DNA of 32,000 bases from Sedimentisphaera cyanobacteriorum (lineage in GTDB: Bacteria; Planctomycetota; Phycisphaerae; Sedimentisphaerales; Sedimentisphaeraceae). The stretch lies in NCBI RefSeq assembly GCF_001997385.1, contig NZ_CP019633.1, positions 660,001 to 692,000 of the forward strand, given 5' to 3'. Shown one piece after another: positions 8,648-17,037 of this stretch. The translations under genes were made by a program, and so were the position numbers. Each line of letters begins with the position of its first letter. The stretch's first letter is position 1. Below the pieces are notes generated by a model, which was not told the origin of the DNA, did not search any database, and saw only the letters and a program-made list of their open reading frames with translations.

Positions 8648-10033
8648 TTATTCTGCATCGTCCTGATTGCTGTCCTGCTGTTTTTCGTCTTCATTTTCCT
8701 CCGGCGACACTTCTTTGATGTTTGCTTTTTCGATAATCTTTTCAAGGCACTTCTGCTCTCTTGCCTGCATATTGAATTCCTGAAGAGAACCGTCTTTGGC
8801 CAGCTCTTCACGAACCTTTTCAGGCCTTCTCTGCTGCTGAGCGGCGGTTTGTGCGATGTAGCCGTTTATCTCTTCGGGCGTTACTTTAATATCGTACTTA
8901 TCAGCAATTGCATTCATTATGAAAACGGATTTCAGCATATTCTTTGCGTTATCTTTGCTTCTGGCCTGAATCTGCTCAAGCTGACGTTTGAGCTCTTCTT
9001 CGCCGTAGCCCTGCATCATCAGTCTTGAGTATTCCCGCTTCATCACAGAATCTGCCTGTTCGGAAACGATATCTTCAGGAAGCTCAAAATCGCAGTTCTC
9101 AAGCAGATAATTACGAACATTCTCATGGAGAGCTGAATTGGTTCTTCTTTCAGCGTCTTGCTTGCCGTATTCGATAATACGTTCCTTCAGTTGGTCCATG
9201 CTCTCCATCCCGATTTTTTCGGCAAACTCATCATTGAGATCAGGCATCTTCTGGTATTTGATTTCTTTGATTTCGATCTTAACCCTGCACTTCTTGCCCT
9301 TGAACTGATCGTTGAAGAAATCTTCGGGCACCTGTGTTTCGGTTTCAGCCTCATCCCCGATTTTCTTTCCTTCAAGCAGTTTATCGAGATCTTCCACTGG
9401 CACCTTGCCTGCAAATCCCTGCCCGCTTGAAACAAACAGCTCAGAATCTTCCGCAGTAACCGGCTCTTCGCCATCCGGGGTGATCTCAATATCAGCGATT
9501 ATCTGGTCGTCTTTCTCAATCGCTTCATTTTCATCTCTGTCTACCCATTCAGCAAACCTCTTCTGAATCTGTTCGAGCTGATTGTCAACGAAATTTTCAT
9601 CCATTTTGTGTACCGGCTTTTCGATTTCGATGCCTTCAATCTCCGGCAGTTCAATTTCAGGACGAATATTTACCTTAATATCGTATGAGAAAGAGCCTTC
9701 CTCAGGCAGTTCCAATTTTTCGTGGTCTATGTCCGGCTCGCCTAAAGTGTCCAAGTTCTCTTCCTCAAGGGCCTGTTGTGTGCAGTCTGAAAGGATCTTG
9801 AGCTTTGCCTGCTCTTCAATCTCGGTGCCGAAACGCTTTTGAATGAGCCTTCTCGGGGCTCGGCCGCGCCTGAAACCGGGAAGAACTACTTCTTTCTGCA
9901 AGTCTGAATACTGCTCTGAAAAAACCTTTTTAATTGTTTCTTCCGGAACCTCAATAGTAACTTTCATCCTGCAAGGGCCAACTTTCTCAGTGGTTACGTT
10001 GATATCGAGTTTGTTTGCTGTTTCTTCTGTCAT
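8648..10033 (-). CDS. tig: Trigger factor (ribosome-associated chaperone / PPIase)
   Basis: 461 aa, ATG start, with GAAGGGA upstream. The ribosome-binding signature PGFRRGRAPRRLIQKRFG is present. The overall N-domain / FKBP-like / C-domain length fits, and there is an acidic C-terminal tail. Confidence 0.9.
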   Translation of the reverse strand: MTEETANKLDINVTTEKVGPCRMKVTIEVPEETIKKVFSEQYSDLQKEVVLPGFRRGRAPRRLIQKRFGTEIEEQAKLKILSDCTQQALEEENLDTLGEPDIDHEKLELPEEGSFSYDIKVNIRPEIELPEIEGIEIEKPVHKMDENFVDNQLEQIQKRFAEWVDRDENEAIEKDDQIIADIEITPDGEEPVTAEDSELFVSSGQGFAGKVPVEDLDKLLEGKKIGDEAETETQVPEDFFNDQFKGKKCRVKIEIKEIKYQKMPDLNDEFAEKIGMESMDQLKERIIEYGKQDAERRTNSALHENVRNYLLENCDFELPEDIVSEQADSVMKREYSRLMMQGYGEEELKRQLEQIQARSKDNAKNMLKSVFIMNAIADKYDIKVTPEEINGYIAQTAAQQQRRPEKVREELAKDGSLQEFNMQAREQKCLEKIIEKANIKEVSPEENEDEKQQDSNQDDAE

Positions 10034-10057
10034 TTCGATTTTCCCTTCAATAAAAAA

Positions 10058-10083
10058 AAGACTGCGGAGACGTCCGCAGTCTT
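10058..10083 (-). terminator. Rho-independent terminator after tRNA-Gly, lying immediately upstream of the tig ribosome-binding site
   Basis: A perfect 11-bp stem pairs aagactgcgga (10058-10068) with tccgcagtctt (10073-10083) around a 4-nt loop. On the minus strand it is followed by a run of eight T (10051-10058 region). Confidence 0.65.
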
Positions 10084-10167
10084 AATTTAACTTATCTGAA
10101 CATCCCGCCGACCAGCGCCAGGCAAACGCTTTGCCCGATAACTCGTCGAGACTATGTCAATCATAAA

Positions 10168-10239
10168 AGCGGGTGATGAGATTCGAACTCACGACATTCA
10201 CGTTGGCAACGTGACGCTCTACCACTGAGCTACACCCGC
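10168..10239 (-). tRNA. tRNA-Gly (anticodon GCC), no encoded CCA
   Basis: The reverse complement is GCGGGTG TA GCTC AGTGGTA GAGC G TCACG TTGCCAA CGTGA ATGTC GTGAG TTCGAAT CTCAT CACCCGC T. All four stems pair, with one G-U in the T stem. The T-loop TTCGAAT is present, the anticodon loop is TT-GCC-AA, and the discriminator is U as expected for bacterial tRNA-Gly. Confidence 0.95.
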
Positions 10240-10273
10240 ATTCAGCAGCAACCTGCTGTCTGAGAGAAAGAGA

Positions 10274-10301
10274 ATTCTATATTTCAGCTTTCGGAATGCA
10301 A
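10274..10301 (-). promoter_or_regulatory. Candidate sigma70-like promoter for tRNA-Gly
   Basis: The minus strand reads TTGCAT, then 16 nt, then TAGAAT. The -10 element ends 34 nt upstream of the mature tRNA 5' end. This is a weak match by eye only, and promoter consensus in this lineage is unknown to me. Confidence 0.25.
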
Positions 10302-10546
10302 GAGTTTTTTCTTCAATTTTTTGTTTTTTTTTGCTTGTGCATTTCATTCTGTTCTGATTTTTCAGCTTCTGCCTGCTTAGCAGTAAGGTATCACAGACCG
10401 CCTCAAATAAATATTCTTAATCTCTTATTAAATGTGTTTTCTAAGTATTCGGGAGATATTTTTTCTTGCATTTATCCGGCTTATAAATATTCTTTGGCTC
10501 TCGGTTAGAAATTAGATATACAATATTGTAAGTACAGGATTTATTT

Positions 10547-12538
10547 ATGGGAAAAATTGAAAATAAATGCGTAGAAGCTGTGAGATTTTTGAGTGCAGAA
10601 GGCGTTCAAGCGGCCAAATCCGGTCATCCGGGAATGGCGATGGGAATGGCTGCTTTAGGTGTAAAGCTCTGGACGGAGCATATGAACCACAGCCCAAAGA
10701 ATCCTCAGTGGCCCAATAGAGACAGATTCATCCTCTCAGCAGGGCACGGCTCTATGCTGCTGTATTCACTGCTCCATCTTACCGGCTACGAGCTGCCTAT
10801 GGAAGATTTGAAAAGATTCCGTCAGCTTGGCAGCCTAACCCCAGGGCATCCGGAATACGGTAAAACAGCCGGCGTGGAAGCAACTACAGGCCCGCTGGGC
10901 CAAGGACTTTCCAACGGTGTTGGAATGGCAATCGCTCAGAAGTATCTTGCCTCGAGATACAACAAGGATGGCTTCAACCTCTTCGACTACAATATATACG
11001 TTGTTTCAGGCGACGGCTGCATGCAGGAAGGAATATCCAGCGAGGCTTGCTCGCTTGCCGGGCATCTCGGCCTTGATAACCTCGTGCTGATTTATGACGA
11101 CAACAGCATCACAATTGATGGAGATACAGGCCTTTCCTTCACAGAAGATGTGGCTGCAAGGTTCCGGGCATACGGCTGGGACGTGCAGGAAGTGAGCGGA
11201 GACGGGGGCGATTTAGATAAGATTGGCCAAGCTCTGGAGAATGCAAAGAGATGCAAAGGCAAGCCGAGCATGATAAAGCTCCAGACAAAGATCGGATTCG
11301 GCGCACCAACCCTTGCCGGTTCAAGCAAATCTCACGGCGCTCCGCTGGGCGAGGATGAGATTAGCCAGATGAAATCCGACCACGGCTGGGATCCGGAAAA
11401 GCATTTCCATATCCCTGAAGAAGTGAACGAATATATGCGAGGCTGTATTGACAAGGGCGAAAAGCTCGAGAAAAACTGGAACGAACTCTTCCGCAGCTAC
11501 AAAGAAAAATATCCCGAACTTGCCGAAGAATACGAGCAGGCTATGAAAGGCGGTCTGCCGGTCAATCTTGATGATGTGCTCCCTGAATTTGAAGCAGGGG
11601 AGGCCCTTGCCTCAAGGAAAGCTTCTGGAAAGGCTATTGCAGGGTTTATGCCAAAGATGCCTCTGGTTCTTGGCGGTTCTGCTGATCTTACCCCCTCCAA
11701 CAACACCGACTTCCCTGATATGGTTAATTTCCAAAAGGATGCTCCAAACGGCAGATATATCCGTTACGGCGTTCGCGAGCATGCAATGGGGGCAATCCTA
11801 AACGGCATATCCCTAACCAAGCCTCTTCGCTGCTACGGCGGAACATTCCTCGTTTTCAGCGATTATATGCGGGGTTCATTGAGGGTGGCATCTGTAAGCG
11901 GGTATCCTTCAATATACGTATTCACTCACGACAGCATTGGAGTGGGCGAGGACGGCCCGACACATCAGCCTGTAGAACAGCTTGCTTCGCTCAGGGCAAT
12001 GCCCGGTCTTACATGTTTCCGTCCTGCAGATGCAAACGAAACAGTTATGGCATGGAAGTATGCCCTTACTCACAATGACGGGCCTATGGCTATGTTTTTA
12101 ACAAGGCAGAAGCTTACAACCTTGGACAGAATGAAATATGCGCCGGCCGAAGGGGCATTGAAAGGTGCTTACACACTCAACTGTCCTGACAATCCTCAGG
12201 CGATAATATTTGCAAGCGGGTCTGAGGTAGAAAAAGCCCTTGAGGCTGTCGACAAACTCGCAGATGATGGGATTCAAGTAAGGGTAGTCAGTATGCCGAG
12301 CTGGGAGATATTCGAGCAGCAGAATGAAGATTACAAACGCTCTGTCCTCAGTCCTGAGATTAAGATAAGAATCGCAATGGAGGCTGGCGTTGAGATGGGA
12401 TGGCGCAAATATATCGGCCAAGAAGGCATTTTCATCGGTATGAAAGGCTTCGGCACAAGTGCCCCGTGCAATCAGTGCTTCGAGCATTTCGGAATAACCG
12501 CTCAGGCGGCAGTTGAAGCCGTGAAAAGCAAATTATAG
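10547..12538 (+). CDS. tkt: Transketolase
   Basis: 663 aa with an ATG start. Motifs include SGHPG (AAKSGHPGMAMG), the ThDP-binding GDGCMQEGISSEA, and THDSIGVGEDGPTHQPVE. The match to transketolase is full length. Confidence 0.95.
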   Translation: MGKIENKCVEAVRFLSAEGVQAAKSGHPGMAMGMAALGVKLWTEHMNHSPKNPQWPNRDRFILSAGHGSMLLYSLLHLTGYELPMEDLKRFRQLGSLTPGHPEYGKTAGVEATTGPLGQGLSNGVGMAIAQKYLASRYNKDGFNLFDYNIYVVSGDGCMQEGISSEACSLAGHLGLDNLVLIYDDNSITIDGDTGLSFTEDVAARFRAYGWDVQEVSGDGGDLDKIGQALENAKRCKGKPSMIKLQTKIGFGAPTLAGSSKSHGAPLGEDEISQMKSDHGWDPEKHFHIPEEVNEYMRGCIDKGEKLEKNWNELFRSYKEKYPELAEEYEQAMKGGLPVNLDDVLPEFEAGEALASRKASGKAIAGFMPKMPLVLGGSADLTPSNNTDFPDMVNFQKDAPNGRYIRYGVREHAMGAILNGISLTKPLRCYGGTFLVFSDYMRGSLRVASVSGYPSIYVFTHDSIGVGEDGPTHQPVEQLASLRAMPGLTCFRPADANETVMAWKYALTHNDGPMAMFLTRQKLTTLDRMKYAPAEGALKGAYTLNCPDNPQAIIFASGSEVEKALEAVDKLADDGIQVRVVSMPSWEIFEQQNEDYKRSVLSPEIKIRIAMEAGVEMGWRKYIGQEGIFIGMKGFGTSAPCNQCFEHFGITAQAAVEAVKSKL

Positions 12539-12560
12539 CTTCACTAAATAAGCAGACAAA

Positions 12561-12597
12561 GCCCGGGGAAAGCCATTAGCTGCCTCGGGCTTTTTTT
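12561..12597 (+). terminator. Rho-independent terminator after tkt. It abuts the stop codon of the convergent glycosyltransferase gene.
   Basis: An 8-bp stem pairs gcccgggg (12561-12568) with cctcgggc (12583-12590), including one G-U, and a T7 run follows at 12591-12597. Confidence 0.7.
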
Positions 12598-13543
12598 ATT
12601 TTCCTATTATTTTTTTGACAGCTTTCTTAAACTCGCTGTACGCCTTAAAAAGCTGCGAAGAACCGTATGCTGCGGGCTTAAGGGATTTACAAAAAGTCCA
12701 TGGTAGTTTTGGCGGAAGTTCAAATCCCTGCTGTTTTACCCACTCAAGGGTATCGATTACAAGCGGATAATGTCTTATCTGAGAGTCTGTCCAAATTACC
12801 CAAGGCTTTTTCCGTTCGTAGAAATGTACTACAAGGGCTTTAGGGTCGTTTGAGAGAAGGTGGGGATGAATCTCTGGGGCATCCTCAGCGAATGCAAGCA
12901 AAGCGTTCAGTGCGAGCTCATCGCTCATTCTCTTACCGCTAAGCCCGAGCGAATATGCCGGAGACTGTTTGCCGCTGTCTCTTATCTCCTGCATAAAGCT
13001 GTTCCATTTTTCTACAAAATCCATTCTGGAAGCGTCTATTGTAAAAGCGCAGTTGGAAGCAGCTGATTCCGTGCGGGGCTCGCGGAGCTCGCCTATATCC
13101 TCCTGCCAGTTATCTGTATAAAGGCTTGGAAGGCTGCCCGGAGCTTCCCCTGGCTGGTAATCTTCTTTGAAGCGATGCACGTTTTCTTCTTTGCTTCTAA
13201 AGCGTATTCTTATGCCGTCTTCAGGAACGTTCAAATAGTCGGTAACATCTCCGTTTACCATACAGTCTGAATCCATCCAAGTTACAGAGCCTTCATTTGC
13301 TGTTTTTAATGCAGCTATCTTGCCGTTGAAGGCCATATCTTTGCCGTCTTGAATAAGATTTACTCTGCCGAATTGTTCAAGCAGAGAGGCTGATAAGCTG
13401 GATAGCCCGAAGCCTCTTACGTTTATATCGCAGTCCACATTGAACCTCCGCAATGATGCGGTCAGCAGAAACGCACCCCATAGATATCCATCATCACATG
13501 CAGTAACCACTGTTCTTTTTTTGAGATTTTCCGAACCGGCCAT
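12596..13543 (-). CDS. Putative glycosyltransferase, family-8-like (nucleotide-diphospho-sugar transferase fold)
   Basis: 315 aa with an ATG start. GT8-like landmarks are VVTACDDGYLWGAFLLTASL (N-terminal DxxY region), the DxD motif WMDSDCMV, and the C-terminal VVHFYERKKPW (HF...KPW). There is no signal peptide. Confidence 0.55.
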   Translation of the reverse strand: MAGSENLKKRTVVTACDDGYLWGAFLLTASLRRFNVDCDINVRGFGLSSLSASLLEQFGRVNLIQDGKDMAFNGKIAALKTANEGSVTWMDSDCMVNGDVTDYLNVPEDGIRIRFRSKEENVHRFKEDYQPGEAPGSLPSLYTDNWQEDIGELREPRTESAASNCAFTIDASRMDFVEKWNSFMQEIRDSGKQSPAYSLGLSGKRMSDELALNALLAFAEDAPEIHPHLLSNDPKALVVHFYERKKPWVIWTDSQIRHYPLVIDTLEWVKQQGFELPPKLPWTFCKSLKPAAYGSSQLFKAYSEFKKAVKKIIGK

Positions 13544-13598
13544 TATTGTCCTTTCTTAGGTTTTAGATGAAAGCACTGATGCTTAAAGTCTGCCATTA

Positions 13599-14636
13599 TT
13601 AAAAGTCCATGCCTACGCTAAACATATATTTGGTGTCTGTACTTTCGGTCCCGGCGGCAGGAGATTTATCATAATCAAGAATAGATTTGAAGCTTGCAAA
13701 AATTGAATCTGTCATCTGATATTTAAACTGGGCGAAAGTGGAAACGTAATATTCATCGCTCAAGCTCTCGAAGCTCGGATAAAATGTGAGCTCATGAATA
13801 AACATCAGATTGTCCAGCATCTGCTTATCAAAATGATAGCTGGCCTGTCCTGAAAGCTCGGTATTGCTGTCGGGCTCATTGTCATATTTTTCGTATCTCG
13901 AGGCCACACCAAGGTCTGTCGAGAAGTTCATTGCAGGCGTTTCAATCCACTGATAACCAAGACCGCTGCCTATAAGCACCCGGCGGTCGAGGTCTGCGAT
14001 TTTGTCGGTTTCGTATCGTCCATCAAGGAACGCATAAAGCTTCTTGCTCAAGAAATAGTCGAATTTTGCCCTTGTCTTCCACCATTCCTCTGTAGTGGTT
14101 TCCTCGCCGGTATCCTCATCTGTCTGCTCGCTTTGAGCATAATCTGCCGAGAGGGTAATTCTGTCCTGCTCTGTGCGTTTCTGCATATAAGCGCTTAGAT
14201 TGTAGTCTGTTTTGTCTGTGTTTCCATTGCTCACGGCTACGCCGCCTGAAATGCTCCCCTTCCACCTTGGTTTCTCAGGGGCTGGCGGATTTACAGAGGA
14301 TATTGAATCAACCTTCAGCTTTTGCGGCTTGAGCAGCTCTGTCTCTTTGGTTTGTATGTAGCCTTTTGATCCTTTTTTTACGGGCTGATTGAGCGTGCTT
14401 CCGTCTTCGAGATGCATTTCCACAGGCTCCTGAGTTTCAAAGGATGAAACATTTTCCAGAGGGATCTCTATATCCCCTGCAAGCTCTGAGGCGATTTTCA
14501 GCTTTCCGCCGGTAACAGTTTTTACCGTCCCGCTGATCTTGTCTCCATTGCTTAAATACACCACATCTGCATTTACTGCTGCTGCAAACAGAATCAAGGC
14601 CGTTATTGTTAGTAATCTTTTCATAAGTTTCCCCAT
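13599..14636 (-). CDS. Outer-membrane beta-barrel protein of the DUF481 / YdiY family, with an extra N-terminal domain
   Basis: 345 aa with the signal peptide MGKLMKRLLTITALILFAAAVNA. The C-terminal ~230 aa are collinear with E. coli YdiY as I recall it. WKGSISGGVAVSNGNTDKT aligns to FEGNLNAGYLAQSGNTKSS, and FLDGRYETDKIADLDRRVLIGSGLGYQW aligns to ASWLTDRYNGYRERDVLTAGYGRQF. The sequence ends in an aromatic residue (GMDF). Confidence 0.6.
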   Translation of the reverse strand: MGKLMKRLLTITALILFAAAVNADVVYLSNGDKISGTVKTVTGGKLKIASELAGDIEIPLENVSSFETQEPVEMHLEDGSTLNQPVKKGSKGYIQTKETELLKPQKLKVDSISSVNPPAPEKPRWKGSISGGVAVSNGNTDKTDYNLSAYMQKRTEQDRITLSADYAQSEQTDEDTGEETTTEEWWKTRAKFDYFLSKKLYAFLDGRYETDKIADLDRRVLIGSGLGYQWIETPAMNFSTDLGVASRYEKYDNEPDSNTELSGQASYHFDKQMLDNLMFIHELTFYPSFESLSDEYYVSTFAQFKYQMTDSIFASFKSILDYDKSPAAGTESTDTKYMFSVGMDF

Positions 14637-14668
14637 AAAACGTTAAAATTAGCGGATTATAAAGAGCC

Positions 14669-15565
14669 TTACTGCTCTTCTTCCATTCCTGATGAGTTCT
14701 GCTCATCAGAAGGTTTTTGACTGTTTTTTTCAGATGGTTCATTTTTATTCTTTTTCGCTTCGCTGTAAAGATGCACATCTGTCTGCGGGAACGGGATGCT
14801 TATACCCGCCTTATCAAACTCTTCTTTTACACAGCGCATTAGATTCCAGTAAACTGCCCAGTAGTCGCCGGTTTTAACCCACGGTCTGCAGATCAGATTT
14901 ACTGATGAATCTGCCAGCTCATGCACCTGAATATTCGGCTCAGGGCTTTCGAGAACGAGGCTGTGCGATTTTACAAGCTCCAGAAGTATTTGCTGAGCTT
15001 TTGAGATGTCCGAATCGTAGGATATTCCGAAGACCATATCCACACGCCTTATATCGCTTCCTGTAACGTTTGTTATCACATCGCCCCAGATAGAACCGTT
15101 CGGCACAACAACTATCTGATTATCGAAGCTTTTTATCGTTGTTGTGTTAAGGCTCATTGATTCTACCACTCCCGAAACGCCGGCAGTATTAACAACATCT
15201 CCCACATCGTATGGGCGGTGAAGCAGGATCATTATCCCAGCGGCGAAATTGTTCAAAGTACCCTGCAGCGCAAAACCAACAATAAAGCCGACAGCCCCAA
15301 TACCTGCGATCAGCGGGGCAACGTTCAGTCCGAGCGAAGAAAGAGCAACTACCCAGCCGACTATAATTACCGTCTTCTTAACAATATTCACGAAGAAGTT
15401 GCGAAGCAGTTCAGAAGCCTTTTTGTTCATTTGGGCAGCACGCCTTACAATTCCTCCTGCGACGGCCGCTAAAATATAAAATGCAATCAGGACTGCCAGA
15501 AAAGAAGCGAGCCTAATCCCCCAGCGTATTCCCCCGTTTGGAGATTTCAGCCAGTTAATAAGCAT
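14669..15565 (-). CDS. Small-conductance mechanosensitive channel (MscS family)
   Basis: 298 aa with an ATG start. Three N-terminal TM helices precede the pore-helix signature GAVGFIVGFALQGTLNNFAAGIMILLHRPYDVGDVV, followed by a beta-domain. Confidence 0.9.
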   Translation of the reverse strand: MLINWLKSPNGGIRWGIRLASFLAVLIAFYILAAVAGGIVRRAAQMNKKASELLRNFFVNIVKKTVIIVGWVVALSSLGLNVAPLIAGIGAVGFIVGFALQGTLNNFAAGIMILLHRPYDVGDVVNTAGVSGVVESMSLNTTTIKSFDNQIVVVPNGSIWGDVITNVTGSDIRRVDMVFGISYDSDISKAQQILLELVKSHSLVLESPEPNIQVHELADSSVNLICRPWVKTGDYWAVYWNLMRCVKEEFDKAGISIPFPQTDVHLYSEAKKNKNEPSEKNSQKPSDEQNSSGMEEEQ

Positions 15566-16020
15566 TTTGATGTCCCGTTTACATCCGAAACATCAACATT
15601 GGCTTTGGAAACCGCAGAGATGTATTTTTTGTATTCTTCAATGTCGCCGCCTTTTTGCTCCAGCTCTTCCAATACCCTCAAGAGGCGGTCAATTATATCT
15701 GTTCTCTGCTCGTGAAGCTTTGAAATCTCTTCCGGCGGGGCATCGCTAATCTCTGCAGCCGAGATCTGCTGCACATTATTTTGAAGAATTTCCATCCAGC
15801 CTTCAGCTTCCTTTTCGAGCTGTGTTTTTCTAAGAGGTTTTAGGAGGCTTTCGAGGTTGGAAATCGAGATGTCTGGTTTGGAAGCTGTAAATGTGCCTGC
15901 ACTGTCAATTTTGTATTCGCTAATCTCTTTCGGCGGGGGCTGAGTGTCAGCACAAAATCCGCCTGCTGAAATTATCAGCACCAGCGCAAGCATTTTACGC
16001 ATAACTTTGCACTCTAACAT
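15547..16020 (-). CDS. Secreted or periplasmic helical protein, unknown function, translationally coupled to the MscS gene
   Basis: The signal-like N-terminus (MRKMLALVLIISAGGFCA) is followed by a charged, heptad-like sequence. Its stop (15547-15549) overlaps the MscS start (15565) by 19 nt. The start is ambiguous: the track gives TTG 16026, and in-frame ATGs lie at 16020, 16002 and 15993. Confidence 0.5.
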   Translation of the reverse strand: MLECKVMRKMLALVLIISAGGFCADTQPPPKEISEYKIDSAGTFTASKPDISISNLESLLKPLRKTQLEKEAEGWMEILQNNVQQISAAEISDAPPEEISKLHEQRTDIIDRLLRVLEELEQKGGDIEEYKKYISAVSKANVDVSDVNGTSKCLLTG

Positions 16021-16166
16021 TTTCAAACCAAAACTCCCATTAAATTTAAAGTCTTTCAGTCTTCAGCTGCTAAGCTATTCTCACATTTTCTCGGCAGCAT
16101 TTAACAAATTGTCTCTTTCCGTTTTTCCAATTATACAGACTGCTTAGTATCATTCCTGCAGTAAGG

Positions 16167-16949
16167 TTACAGATTATTTTGGACGTATTCAGCGGCATTG
16201 TTGAAAATTGTCATCCCGTCCGCTTCAATATTCTCCGGCAGCCTAGTCCATTGCGGGTGCTGTATTCGTCTTATGAATCGTTCCGGATGCGGCATCAGAC
16301 CGAGAACCCTTCCTGTGGAATCAGTAAGGCCTGCAATGGAATCCACAGCTCCATTGGGATTGATTGGATAATCGCCTGTTTTGCCGTCTTTATCCACGTA
16401 GCGGAAAGCAATATGCCCGTCTTTCTGCAGAGCTTTCAGTGTTCTTGCATCTTTTGTAACAACTTTCCCCTCCCCGTGTGCCATTGGCAAATATATCCTC
16501 TGCTCAGGATTTATAAAAACGCATTTTTCTGTGCCGGGCTGGAGATATACCCAATTATCGTAGAATTGGGGGATATCATTGTGCGTTATGCTCACGCTCC
16601 TGCAGCCGATTTGGGGTGAGGCAGGAAGAAGACCGGATTTAACAAGCACCTGAAAGCCGTTGCAGATTCCAAGAACCAGTTTGCCCGCTCCCACAAATTC
16701 TTCAATTATTTCATACAAATGATGCTCAATCTGGTTTGCCAGAATTCTGCCTGCTGCCACGTCGTCTCCATAGCTGAAGCCTCCCGGGAAAACAAGTATA
16801 TGGTTTTCCTCGAGCATCGATTTGTTTTTCAGCAGTTCGTTTATATGTACTCTCTCGGCCTTAAAGCCTGCAAGCTCAAGTGCGTATTTTGTTTCTACAT
16901 CGCAGTTAATCCCTGCTGCCCGCAGAACTAAGCCATTCATCTTACTCAT
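16167..16949 (-). CDS. purQ: Phosphoribosylformylglycinamidine synthase, glutaminase subunit (FGAM synthase I)
   Basis: Class-I glutamine amidotransferase triad context is present: LVLGICNGFQVL (nucleophile Cys) and MPHPER (His/Glu). The track's start at 16970 is TTG. I prefer the ATG at 16949, with AGGA 5 nt upstream, giving MSKMNGLVLRAAGINCD. Confidence 0.85.
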   Translation of the reverse strand: MSKMNGLVLRAAGINCDVETKYALELAGFKAERVHINELLKNKSMLEENHILVFPGGFSYGDDVAAGRILANQIEHHLYEIIEEFVGAGKLVLGICNGFQVLVKSGLLPASPQIGCRSVSITHNDIPQFYDNWVYLQPGTEKCVFINPEQRIYLPMAHGEGKVVTKDARTLKALQKDGHIAFRYVDKDGKTGDYPINPNGAVDSIAGLTDSTGRVLGLMPHPERFIRRIQHPQWTRLPENIEADGMTIFNNAAEYVQNNL

Positions 16950-17037
16950 ATTTTTCCTGTAGTTTATCAATGCTTATCCAAAGAAAGATTATATCTTCGG
17001 CTCGCTTTTATTCAAGTTTTCAACTGAAACCGAGCTT

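Noticed and set aside
8636-9028. A 130-aa + strand ORF, plus several other 80-100-aa ORFs at 9158-10085, opposite tig
   Set aside because: All are embedded in the trigger-factor coding region. Their F/L/C-rich translations are what one expects from reading an E/K-rich gene backwards.
10296-10508. A 70-aa ORF in the tRNA-Gly/tkt intergenic region
   Set aside because: It is generated by T-rich promoter-type sequence (its translation is F/C/L/S-rich) and has no SD. It is more plausibly non-coding divergent promoter DNA. I could not identify a structured RNA there either.
12098-12487. A 129-aa ORF antisense to tkt
   Set aside because: It is a shadow ORF inside a full-length, motif-rich transketolase gene.
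16179-16619. A 146-aa ORF antisense to purQ
   Set aside because: It lies wholly inside a gene with clear amidotransferase motifs on the other strand. It has no recognisable motif or ribosome-binding site.
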